Virus record (IMG/VR): IMGVR_UViG_3300044640_001495
Location: 62,001-126,000 of that record
DNA length: 64,000 bases
Direction: 5' to 3' (one strand)
Position numbers and translations under genes: made by a program
Shown here: positions 32,854 through 41,383 of the stretch, piece by piece
How the letters are laid out: each line of letters starts with the position of its first letter
Position numbering within the stretch: the first letter of the stretch is position 1
Notes under the pieces: model-generated
What the model was told of the DNA's origin: nothing
Database searches by the model: none
What the model saw: only the letters and a program-made list of their open reading frames with translations

Positions 32854-34020
32854 ATGGCCACAAAAGCAAAACATCTAGCAGAAGCTCGTGCATCTAAAGG
32901 CAAAGACTTTAGTCCAAAGTGGGACGGCCACGAAGCTTGGGATACCAATCAGTTCCTGCGTCATTTTCATGTTGCCATGAGCTGGTATCGGTTAGAGTCC
33001 AGTGGTAAAGAACTCAAACCCAAAGTGATCAATTGGATGAGTGCTAACGGCTACACCAAAGAGCAAATTGCTGAATTTAAAAAGACCAAAGACAATCGCT
33101 GTGGTACAACTGTAGGTGCCATTGCTGCCTGTTTGTTGAAAGGCATGCCTCCTGTTCGTGTAGACTTCAATGAGGGTCGTAGTTCGGCAGTTTGGTTAGG
33201 CCAAGCCATTGCCAAGATTGTTAGCGAAGGCAAAGATGACACAGACGACAGCGAGGAAGTTGAGATTAAACCTACAGGCCCTGTTGTCAGTATTCAAGAT
33301 CGTGTGCGTGAATCATCGTACAAAATGACTGAAGAAATTGAAACAGCCATCGAAGCGTTTCAAACAGATCCAGAAACATTTGACCCCAAGGCATTCAAAG
33401 TTCTTAACCTGTTAAAGGCACATCAGGCCAAAGCGGCTCATGCTCGTGTTATTCGAGATTTTTATGTTAAAGATCTAGATGAACTCGTAGAGGTTGCAAC
33501 AACCAAAGACGAGCAACTCAAAGAAGCCTACAGCCATTTAAGCAAGGTGCAACTGCGTAAGATTACAGCATTCTATCAGGAAATTGTCAGTGCCTGCGAG
33601 ATGTTGGCGCAAGAAGCCAAGGTTAATCGCAAGCCCAAGGCCAAAAAGGCTGTGCCTGCAGAGAAGATTATTGCCAAACTCAAGTACAAGAAGGCAGATG
33701 AGCCGCTTAAATTGGTATCTATCAATCCTGCTGATATTCTGGGTGCTAAAGAATTGTGGACCTACAATACCAAGAGCCGCAAGTTGGGCAAGTACTTGGC
33801 TGCTGAGTTCCAAGAACTTGGCGTCAAAGGCACCACAATTACAGGCTTCAACGAAGCAACATCTGTACAAAAGACACTGCGTAAGCCAGCTGATCAACTT
33901 AAAGAATTTAAGGCAGCAGGCAAAGTGGTGTTACGCAAGTTCCTCGAAGATATCAATGCAGTTGATACACGCATGAACGGGCGTATCAACGAAGACATAA
34001 TTCTGCTAAAAATTGTCTAA
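32854..34020 (+). CDS. Hypothetical conserved-looking early phage protein
   Basis: 388 aa, strong promoter and AGGAG SD, highly expressed-type codon bias; C-terminal KTLRKP...NGRINED. Confidence 0.8.
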   Translation: MATKAKHLAEARASKGKDFSPKWDGHEAWDTNQFLRHFHVAMSWYRLESSGKELKPKVINWMSANGYTKEQIAEFKKTKDNRCGTTVGAIAACLLKGMPPVRVDFNEGRSSAVWLGQAIAKIVSEGKDDTDDSEEVEIKPTGPVVSIQDRVRESSYKMTEEIETAIEAFQTDPETFDPKAFKVLNLLKAHQAKAAHARVIRDFYVKDLDELVEVATTKDEQLKEAYSHLSKVQLRKITAFYQEIVSACEMLAQEAKVNRKPKAKKAVPAEKIIAKLKYKKADEPLKLVSINPADILGAKELWTYNTKSRKLGKYLAAEFQELGVKGTTITGFNEATSVQKTLRKPADQLKEFKAAGKVVLRKFLEDINAVDTRMNGRINEDIILLKIV

Positions 34021-34050
34021 TGTTTAGATCGGAGTTTGATAAATACTGGT

Positions 34051-34926
34051 ATGAACAATACCAATATCGATCAAACTCTCACTGATTTAAGCAGAGTTCT
34101 TAAAGAACTTGTTGAATCGGCCCATCAACCTGTTGCTCAAGAAATCACGCAGTTCCTAGAATTCCGGGCTCGCAAGGGCGAGGAAAACTTTGGTAAAGGC
34201 ATTATCTGGAGCGGCAAAGGCTACACCAAACAGTTGGTGTACAACGGAAATCCTGATAGATTTTTCTCTTCAGAAAGCATTGATCTAGATAAAGACAAGA
34301 ATTTCTCCATTGGCAACACTGTGGTGCTGTCCACTAAAGAACTAGGGTCTACCGTACTTAAAAGTAACCTACAAACTGTGGGTAGACTTCAAGGGTTGAT
34401 CGTAGATGGATCGGTTAATATCAATCAGTATTTGATCTACAATGGCACTACAGACCGATTAGGTCTAGGCACAGAAGCTCCTAATGCTGCATTCAGCGTG
34501 GCGGAAAATGCCATTGAGGTAATGCTGGGCACCAATGATGACTTTCACGGAATGGTTGGCACTTTTGCCAGCACGGATTTTGACATTGTCACTGACAATA
34601 CTTCTCGTATTTCAGTCAAGGCCAATGGTAATATTGATCTAGGTAATGCCAATAGAAATCCCATACAAGTTAAAGTCAACGGCAAACTAAGTGTGGGCGT
34701 TGAAAATCCAGATCCTGCTGTAGATCTACATGTGGCGGGTGCGGTGAGATTCAGTGGTCACATACAAATGTATGCTAGCAATTCTCCGCAAGAAGGTACT
34801 TATGCCGTAGGCGACATTGTTTGGAATACCGCTGCCAGAGTTGGTACTGGTGTCGGCTGGGTCTGTCTAAGAGCAGGCAGTCCCGGTGCATGGTATCCCT
34901 TTGGCGAGATCAAAGAACGAGGTTAA
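34051..34926 (+). CDS. Putative virion structural protein
   Basis: Preceded by ATAAATA (34039-34045); beta-rich with RLGLGTEAP and LSVGVENP repeats typical of fibre proteins. Confidence 0.6.
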   Translation: MNNTNIDQTLTDLSRVLKELVESAHQPVAQEITQFLEFRARKGEENFGKGIIWSGKGYTKQLVYNGNPDRFFSSESIDLDKDKNFSIGNTVVLSTKELGSTVLKSNLQTVGRLQGLIVDGSVNINQYLIYNGTTDRLGLGTEAPNAAFSVAENAIEVMLGTNDDFHGMVGTFASTDFDIVTDNTSRISVKANGNIDLGNANRNPIQVKVNGKLSVGVENPDPAVDLHVAGAVRFSGHIQMYASNSPQEGTYAVGDIVWNTAARVGTGVGWVCLRAGSPGAWYPFGEIKERG

Positions 34927-34929
34927 CAC

Positions 34930-35562
34930 ATGGGCTCACAGGCCCTAGTTATAGGCAACGGCGAAAGTCGTGGTAGAATCAACCTAAACGATTTTAAAGA
35001 CACGCATGTTCTTATAGGCTGCAATGCCATACATAGAGATCTTGTTGTTGATCATTTGATCTGTTGTGATCATAGAATGGTTAGAGAAGCATTAGAAAAT
35101 CCTGCAACTGCTAATACTATGATCCACGTTCGAGACAACTGGCATCACTATTTTAGAAAGATAGAAAAAAACAAAAATATAAAACTGCTGCCAGACTTGC
35201 CCTATCAGGGAGAGCTTCGTCCCGACAATCCTATACATTGGGGATCTGGCCCGTATGCTGTTCTTGTTGCCGCACAATTAAATTTACCTACGGTATCACT
35301 TGTTGGTTTTGATTTATACGGCAGGCAAGAACACGTGAACAATGTTTACAAAGGAACCAATAATTATTCTCATCCAAACTCTAATGCTGTTGATCCCAGC
35401 TATTGGATATACCAAATAGGCAAATTGTTTTCATTGTTTCCCCATATTCAATTTAATATCATCAATACAGAAGGTTGGACGTTGCCTACAGAATGGCAAA
35501 AAAATAATGTTAAAAAAGAATCTATTGGAGTTGCATTACCTATAAATACCTTGTATACTTAA
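34930..35562 (+). CDS. Rossmann-type transferase-like protein (GT42/MAF-like GNG-x-S motif)
   Basis: LVIGNGESR, LIGCNAI and LVGFDL motifs. Confidence 0.5.
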   Translation: MGSQALVIGNGESRGRINLNDFKDTHVLIGCNAIHRDLVVDHLICCDHRMVREALENPATANTMIHVRDNWHHYFRKIEKNKNIKLLPDLPYQGELRPDNPIHWGSGPYAVLVAAQLNLPTVSLVGFDLYGRQEHVNNVYKGTNNYSHPNSNAVDPSYWIYQIGKLFSLFPHIQFNIINTEGWTLPTEWQKNNVKKESIGVALPINTLYT

Positions 35563-35660
35563 TCTATACACACAGGCACAGCGGACTTTTTACGTCATTC
35601 ATCCCGCTTTATAAACTCTGCATGTCGTCAAACTTGCTACCTTAATAAAGGAGACTAGAG
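35541..35660 (+). promoter_or_regulatory. TATAAATA late-type promoter plus structured 5' leader of queD
   Basis: Exact TATAAATA at 35541-35548; nested stems 35572-35578/35619-35625 and 35580-35584/35604-35608. Confidence 0.5.
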
Positions 35661-36167
35661 ATGGCAAATCTTCAACCCGTACAATATAAGTACACTTCAA
35701 CAAAAGAATATCACGACTCATTCCCATGCGCCTATAGGCAATGGCGAGCTGATAGTCATTGTAATCTAATTCACGGTTATTCATTTAATATGAAATTTTA
35801 CTTTGGCACCAACGACCTTGACGCTCGTAATTGGGCTGCTGACTACGGAGGTCTTAAAGAACTCAAAGGCATCTTAGAAAGTCAATTTGATCATACCCTG
35901 TTAGTAGCAGAAGACGATCCTGAGTTAGACTTTTACAAGGAAATGGAAAAGCGTAAGTTGGCTAAACTTACTATCCTTCCTAAACTAGGTTGCGAAGGCC
36001 TAGCTGATCAACTCTACAAGTATGTTAATGGTGTATACATTCCAGACATGTGGGGTGATGGTGAAAGCAAACGCCTATGGTGCTATCGTGTTGAAGTTCG
36101 CGAAACGCAGAGCAATATGGCGTTCCGTGAAGGTCATAGAGAATGGAATGAGGATTTATTTGCGTGA
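35661..36167 (+). CDS. queD: 6-carboxy-tetrahydropterin synthase (QueD / PTPS family)
   Basis: HC.LIHGYS, DYGGLKELK...QFDHTLL and E motifs. Confidence 0.9.
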   Translation: MANLQPVQYKYTSTKEYHDSFPCAYRQWRADSHCNLIHGYSFNMKFYFGTNDLDARNWAADYGGLKELKGILESQFDHTLLVAEDDPELDFYKEMEKRKLAKLTILPKLGCEGLADQLYKYVNGVYIPDMWGDGESKRLWCYRVEVRETQSNMAFREGHREWNEDLFA

Positions 36168-36355
36168 ACTCGTTTGAACGCATATGGGCTCGAGCAACCG
36201 GGCACCTAATGGGGCAGACAGATGAAGATAGGCCAGATGTGCCTATCCTCTCTCTAAGCGAAGCTCGCATAGTATTATTCTTAAAAACATTTTGGGTTGT
36301 CATTCACGTTATAACCTGTTGCTTTATTATTGCCAACACCATTAGGCATTGGTAA
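36164..36355 (+). CDS. Small membrane protein
   Basis: IWARATG...KTFWVVIHVITCCFIIANTIRHW hydrophobic C-terminus. Confidence 0.65.
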   Translation: MNSFERIWARATGHLMGQTDEDRPDVPILSLSEARIVLFLKTFWVVIHVITCCFIIANTIRHW

Positions 36356-36363
36356 ATAATAAT

Positions 36364-37197
36364 ATGCGCACATTTAATATTAGCTCTTTACCTATTGGCA
36401 ACGATTTGCCGTTTGTTCTTATTGCTGGACCGTGCCAAATAGAAAGTCAGGACCATGCCGAGGCAACCTGTGCTAGACTTATTGCTATCACAGCATTGCT
36501 TGGCATTCCTTTGATATACAAAAGCAGTTTTGACAAAGCTAATCGTTCTAGCATTAGCACCAAACGAGGCGTTGGCATTGACGAAGGTTTGCAAATACTT
36601 AATACTATCAAGCACACTTTCGGAGTGCCTGTTTTAACAGATATTCACGAATCGTGGCAGGCAAAAGAATGTGCAGAGGCAGGCATTGACATACTACAGA
36701 TTCCAGCGTTCCTGTGCAGACAAACTGATCTATTACTAGCCGCAGGCGAAACCGGATGTGCTATCAATGTCAAGAAGGGGCAGTTCCTTGCTCCTCACGA
36801 TATGAAGAACGTTGCGGCAAAGATTGCTTCAACTGGCAATGAACGCATTATGTTATGCGAAAGAGGATACACTCATGGATACAATAATCTTGTGGTCGAC
36901 ATGCGCAGTTTACCTATCATGGCAAGCACTGGCTATCCAGTGGTCTTTGATGCCACACATTCTGTTCAACAGCCTGGGGGAATGGGAGAAAGATCTGGAG
37001 GAGATAGGACCATGGTCCCGTACTTGGCGAGAGCTGCTATAGCCACAGGTTGCGTATCAACTTTGTTTATGGAATGTCACGAAGATCCAGATAACGCACC
37101 CAGCGACGGTCCTAATATGATCAAGTTGGACGACCTCAGCAATATTTTAAAAGACCTAGTAGCCATCGATGAAATTGTCAAGAGAAAATCTCACTAA
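36364..37197 (+). CDS. kdsA: KDO8P synthase (2-dehydro-3-deoxyphosphooctonate aldolase)
   Basis: IAGPCQIES, KSSFDKANRSS, QIPAFLCRQTDLL, KKGQF and FDATHSVQ motifs. Confidence 0.95.
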   Translation: MRTFNISSLPIGNDLPFVLIAGPCQIESQDHAEATCARLIAITALLGIPLIYKSSFDKANRSSISTKRGVGIDEGLQILNTIKHTFGVPVLTDIHESWQAKECAEAGIDILQIPAFLCRQTDLLLAAGETGCAINVKKGQFLAPHDMKNVAAKIASTGNERIMLCERGYTHGYNNLVVDMRSLPIMASTGYPVVFDATHSVQQPGGMGERSGGDRTMVPYLARAAIATGCVSTLFMECHEDPDNAPSDGPNMIKLDDLSNILKDLVAIDEIVKRKSH

Positions 37198-37990
37198 AGA
37201 TCAGTGGAGACACTATAAAAAATTTGGTTTCCCTTCTACTGAAATTACTGTAGAAGAACCAATACCAGTACCTACCTCTATACAAACTCAAGTCCAACCA
37301 ATTTCTGTATTGTGTGTTCGATTTGGTACACGCTATGGTAGAGAATATGTTGAGCGTCTGCGTAACATGGTTGCTAGACATCTAACCGTTCCCTATGAGT
37401 TTTTCTGTTTAACTGATGATCAACATCCCATAGACGGTGTTACCAGCATTGTAAGACCACATGCCGGGTATGCAAAAGGGTGGTGGCACAAGGTTCACAT
37501 GTTTGATCCCGGGCTAAATCTGCGAGGCCGAGTTTTATATTTTGATCTAGATATTGTTATACATCAGAATATTGATAAATTAATTTTAGGCTATGACCGA
37601 GAGTTTTTAGGCATTAGAGACTTTAATAGAAAGTTTAATCCCCAGTGGAACATTCTCAACAGTTCTGTCATGAGTTGGCCCGCAGGACTACATCCAGATA
37701 TCTTTACCACCTTCCAAAACAATCCCAAGCAGGCTCAAAAATTGCACGGCGACCAAGATTGGATTTGGCAAGTAGCAAAAAGCCGTATAACCTTTTGGCC
37801 CGAACGATGGATACAGAGTTACAAATGGGAGATCCGTGATCGAAATGAATTGGTGTATCAGGGCGGCAAAAGGTTTTTCAAAGATGTGCGCAGTCCAAAG
37901 ATACATCTAGAGTGCGCTGTCTGTGTGTTTCACGGAGATCCAAAACCCGACGAAGTTATGGATCAGTTTGTAATTGACAACTGGCGGTAA
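37169..37990 (+). CDS. Glycosyltransferase (GT-A, GT8-like)
   Basis: FCLTDD, GWWHKV, YFDLD (DxD), NSSVM, GDQDWI and VFHGDPKP motifs. Confidence 0.8.
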   Translation: MKLSRENLTKDQWRHYKKFGFPSTEITVEEPIPVPTSIQTQVQPISVLCVRFGTRYGREYVERLRNMVARHLTVPYEFFCLTDDQHPIDGVTSIVRPHAGYAKGWWHKVHMFDPGLNLRGRVLYFDLDIVIHQNIDKLILGYDREFLGIRDFNRKFNPQWNILNSSVMSWPAGLHPDIFTTFQNNPKQAQKLHGDQDWIWQVAKSRITFWPERWIQSYKWEIRDRNELVYQGGKRFFKDVRSPKIHLECAVCVFHGDPKPDEVMDQFVIDNWR

Positions 37991-38002
37991 TTGTGTTATA
38001 CT
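37974..38002 (+). promoter_or_regulatory. Near-consensus sigma70 promoter
   Basis: TTGACA-17 nt-TATACT. Confidence 0.75.
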
Positions 38003-38008
38003 AGTAGT

Positions 38009-38320
38009 ATGACAAATACTATTACAGCCGAAGCATTACGCACTCTGCTTCTTGAAAACGAGTGCATTGTAGAATTTACCAAAGTGAATGGTGAGATTCG
38101 ATCGATGCCTTGTACACTTAAGGCAGAGTTTATTCCTGATCCTATCCCTGCTCCAAATTTTCAACACTTTACTAATACAGATAATCCCATTGACTTTCCT
38201 ATAGTAAAGAAAGAAAAGAAACAAAACCCAGATGTGATGAGCGTTTGGTGCTTGGACAAAAAGGAATGGCGTTCCTTTCGTATCGCCAATGTAATTTCAG
38301 CGAAAGTAAAAAATGACTAA
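38009..38320 (+). CDS. WYL_2 / Sm-like phage protein
   Basis: VEFTKVNGEIRSMPCTL ... VWCLDKKEWRSFR motif. Confidence 0.75.
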   Translation: MTNTITAEALRTLLLENECIVEFTKVNGEIRSMPCTLKAEFIPDPIPAPNFQHFTNTDNPIDFPIVKKEKKQNPDVMSVWCLDKKEWRSFRIANVISAKVKND

Positions 38321-39338
38321 ACGTATAGGTTTTGCCTGCAAGTGGATTGATGGCCCCAGTCAGATCGATGGTATCAAACAGGCTGACAATTGCAAACAGT
38401 ATAACACTGGTAGCACTACCGTGGCTTGGTTAAATAGACAAACTAAACAGATTGCAGAACAAAAACTATGGGACCTAATGGTAGGTAACATAGAATCTAC
38501 TCGCAAGCTGGTAGAATTAGTTGGAGAACAACATGAAGATCTTAGAATGGTACGACTCAGTAGCGATATACTACCTGTATATACTCAGCAGGATTGGTGC
38601 GGGTTTTGGCGGCGTGCCGATGTACGAGCCTATTGCGAAAGAGCATTTGGACAAGTGGGAGATTTGGCTCGCAAGAGGCGTGTTCGGTTGTCTATGCATC
38701 CTGGTCAGTTCACTGTGCTTGCATCTATTAACGAAGGTATTGTAGAACGATCGATTGAAGAATTTGAATATCATACCGATATGGCTCGCTGGATGGGCTA
38801 CGGTCGAACATTTCAAGATTTTAAAATTAACGTACACATTTCAGGCAAGCAAGGACCCGAAGGTATTCGCAGAGCGTTGACTAGGCTTTCACCCGAAGCT
38901 CGAAATTGTATTACTATCGAAAACGATGAAATGACTTGGGGCATCGATTCTAGCATCGAACTAGTGAATGATTGTGCCCTAGTACTAGATATTCATCACC
39001 ATTGGATTAACTCAGGAGAATATATTGACCCGAATGATGACCGTGTTAAAAGGATTATTGATAGCTGGCGTGGTGTTAGGCCTGTTATACATTATAGTGT
39101 TTCACGGGAAGACGTTGTTATTGGCCATGCCACAGACACCCTTCCCGCCCTTGATGCGCTAATCGAATCCGGACACAAAAAACAAAAACTCAGAGCACAC
39201 TCAAACTTCTACTGGAATACAGCAGCGAATGAATGGGCACTGAGATTCAGAGACCAATTTGATATCATGTGCGAAAGCAAGGCCAAGAACTTGGCCAGCT
39301 TTGCACTTTATGAACAAGCTAAAAAATTAGGCTTGTGA
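38313..39338 (+). CDS. uvsE: UV-damage endonuclease
   Basis: IGFACK, RLSSD, RLSMHPGQF, ENDE, LDIHHHW and HS...ESKAK motifs. Confidence 0.93.
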   Translation: MTKRIGFACKWIDGPSQIDGIKQADNCKQYNTGSTTVAWLNRQTKQIAEQKLWDLMVGNIESTRKLVELVGEQHEDLRMVRLSSDILPVYTQQDWCGFWRRADVRAYCERAFGQVGDLARKRRVRLSMHPGQFTVLASINEGIVERSIEEFEYHTDMARWMGYGRTFQDFKINVHISGKQGPEGIRRALTRLSPEARNCITIENDEMTWGIDSSIELVNDCALVLDIHHHWINSGEYIDPNDDRVKRIIDSWRGVRPVIHYSVSREDVVIGHATDTLPALDALIESGHKKQKLRAHSNFYWNTAANEWALRFRDQFDIMCESKAKNLASFALYEQAKKLGL

Positions 39339-39623
39339 TTTTGGTTTTTTAGGAGCAGGTGGCTTTTTAGCTGTTGCAGGCTTTTTAGCGAACTGTTGCT
39401 TCTTTGGGGCTGCTTTCTTTGCAGGAGCAGCCTTTTTCTGTGGCTCTGCCGTTGGTGCTGCAACTACAGCCGCCGGAACAACTGCATCCGGAACCACTAC
39501 CACTGCCTCAACTGCTGGTGCAGGCGCTGCCTCAACCACTGGTTCTGCCTCTACTTTATATGGAACTTCCGCAGTTTGTTCTGCTGGCTTACCACCAAAT
39601 AGTTTCTTTAATAAACCGATCAT
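39327..39623 (-). CDS. Ala/Pro/Lys-rich low-complexity protein
   Basis: MIGLLKKLFG start, AGGAG SD, TATAAATA on the minus strand upstream. Confidence 0.65.
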   Translation of the reverse strand: MIGLLKKLFGGKPAEQTAEVPYKVEAEPVVEAAPAPAVEAVVVVPDAVVPAAVVAAPTAEPQKKAAPAKKAAPKKQQFAKKPATAKKPPAPKKPKSQA

Positions 39624-39664
39624 ATTAAAATCTCCTTGTAGGTTATTTATACACTAAATACAGC

Positions 39665-40225
39665 ATGGCGCTACATTTCATCAAATACCTACACGAAGAT
39701 ACAGATACTAGGGAAATTGTTCAAAACAAGTTAAGTTTTGGCAAAGAAGAACTTGATCCTGTAATGAGCAAAGATACGCTTGACTATCATTACTCTGGAC
39801 TAGCTGCTAAGTATTTTGAAAGATACAATGCAGGCGAAGGTGATTCTAAATTTAATTATGGTGGTGCAATGCTACATAATTTGTTCTTTGGAAATCTAAC
39901 TCCTCCCAGAGCTGCTAACAAGCCTGCAGAAGCAGCAGGCGAATTAATCGACAACATATACGGTAGCTTTGACAAGTTCAAAGAGGCTGTGGAAAAAGAA
40001 GCTATGGCTATTCAAGGATCTGGTTGGGTCTATATGGATACCGCGGGCAAACTGCACACTATCCCCAATCACGAATATACTAAAGGCATGAAGATTTCCC
40101 TGCTTATTGATTGGTGGGAACACGCTTGGGCATTAGACTACCAACAGAATAAAGCCAAATATCTAAATAATATTTGGCGTGTTATCGACTGGTCTGTCGT
40201 TAACGACCGCTTAATAGGAGAATGA
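39665..40225 (+). CDS. sod: Fe/Mn superoxide dismutase
   Basis: HNLFF, QGSGW and DWWEHAWALDY...YLNNIW motifs. Confidence 0.9.
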   Translation: MALHFIKYLHEDTDTREIVQNKLSFGKEELDPVMSKDTLDYHYSGLAAKYFERYNAGEGDSKFNYGGAMLHNLFFGNLTPPRAANKPAEAAGELIDNIYGSFDKFKEAVEKEAMAIQGSGWVYMDTAGKLHTIPNHEYTKGMKISLLIDWWEHAWALDYQQNKAKYLNNIWRVIDWSVVNDRLIGE

Positions 40226-40226
40226 C

Positions 40227-40343
40227 ATGTTAGAAACATTATTTTGGTTAGCACTGGGTGCATTCATTGGTTGGAATTTCCCTCAGCCCGACTTTGCCAA
40301 GACAATTCAGGCTAAGATTTTAAGTCTGTTTAAAAAGGATTAG
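40227..40343 (+). CDS. Small membrane protein (38 aa)
   Basis: MLETLFWLALGAFIGWNFPQP...; AGGAG SD; fills the gap between sod and iscU. Confidence 0.6.
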   Translation: MLETLFWLALGAFIGWNFPQPDFAKTIQAKILSLFKKD

Positions 40344-40344
40344 G

Positions 40345-40734
40345 ATGGCCTATTCAGAAAAGGTAATTGATCATTATGAGAATCCCAGGAACGTCGGATC
40401 TTTTGACAAGGGTGATCCTAGTGTTGGTACTGGTATGGTTGGTGCCCCTGCTTGCGGCGATGTTATGAAACTTCAAATAAGGGTTGATCATGATACAGGT
40501 ATTATTACAGATGCAAAATTTAAAACGTATGGCTGCGGATCGGCTATTGCGAGCTCGAGCCTCATTACAGAGTGGGTCAAAGGAAAAACCCTTGATCAAG
40601 CCGGATCAATCAAAAACTCCGACATCGCCGAAGAATTAGCTCTACCCCCAGTTAAGATACATTGTTCGATACTGGCAGAAGATGCTATCAAAGCAGCCGT
40701 AAATGATTACCGTAACCGACACAGCCAAAACTAA
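40345..40734 (+). CDS. iscU: Fe-S cluster scaffold IscU
   Basis: MAYSEKVIDHYENPRNVG, GAPACGD, KTYGCGSAIASSS and LPPVKIHCS motifs. Confidence 0.96.
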   Translation: MAYSEKVIDHYENPRNVGSFDKGDPSVGTGMVGAPACGDVMKLQIRVDHDTGIITDAKFKTYGCGSAIASSSLITEWVKGKTLDQAGSIKNSDIAEELALPPVKIHCSILAEDAIKAAVNDYRNRHSQN

Positions 40735-41029
40735 AATTAAAGAAATGCTTGCTAAACGTGGCAAAGGTGTGGGTATTCGTATAGGTGTAAGAACTACAGG
40801 TTGCAGTGGCCTAGCATATACCATTGAGTACGTAGATGAGTACACCGCAGAAATTGGAATAACAAATTTTGCACACGACGGTTTTGTTGTATTGGTAGAT
40901 GAAAAAAGCCTAGCCTATTTGGACGGGTTAACTATGGACTGGGTCCGCAATGGGCTTAATGAGGGATTTGATTTTCAAAATCCTAACGAACGAGACCGTT
41001 GCGGCTGTGGAGAAAGTTTTAGAGTCTAG
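40703..41029 (+). CDS. iscA: Fe-S assembly protein IscA (HesB family)
   Basis: TTGCSGLAY and NPN...CGCGESF motifs. Confidence 0.95.
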   Translation: MITVTDTAKTKIKEMLAKRGKGVGIRIGVRTTGCSGLAYTIEYVDEYTAEIGITNFAHDGFVVLVDEKSLAYLDGLTMDWVRNGLNEGFDFQNPNERDRCGCGESFRV

Positions 41030-41313
41030 TATTTGCCCACTGGCAAGGTGGTACTGGCGGGCATGTCCCAGATCTGCTTGCGTTCAACCCCCTTGCGTTG
41101 AGCAAACTTTTTTGCATCGCATAATGCACATACATGAAAATAGTTGTTGCTCAATCTTCTGTGATCCATCTTGCGTAGCTCACGTGTAAATTCTCTATCA
41201 CAGTTATCACAACGAAAAACTGCAATAGTTTTTCTTCTGGTGTAGTTGTGTGCAACTCCTAGTTTACTGAGTCTAACATGTTGAGTTTGTTGAGTTTCTT
41301 TTTTTAAGAACAT
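41026..41313 (-). CDS. Hypothetical zinc-binding protein
   Basis: FRCDNC ... HVCALC. Confidence 0.65.
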   Translation of the reverse strand: MFLKKETQQTQHVRLSKLGVAHNYTRRKTIAVFRCDNCDREFTRELRKMDHRRLSNNYFHVCALCDAKKFAQRKGVERKQIWDMPASTTLPVGKY

Positions 41314-41383
41314 CTTGTATTTACATTCGGCTTATAAAACTTTGGGCTAAATAGTAGAGCAACCATAAATCTTAGGATCGACC

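Noticed and set aside
35661-36167. Complete 7-deazaguanine DNA modification system
   Set aside because: Only queD is present; folE, queE, queC and dpdA are not recognisable in this window. The radical SAM at 16040 and the PP-loop genes do not show clear QueE or QueC signatures.
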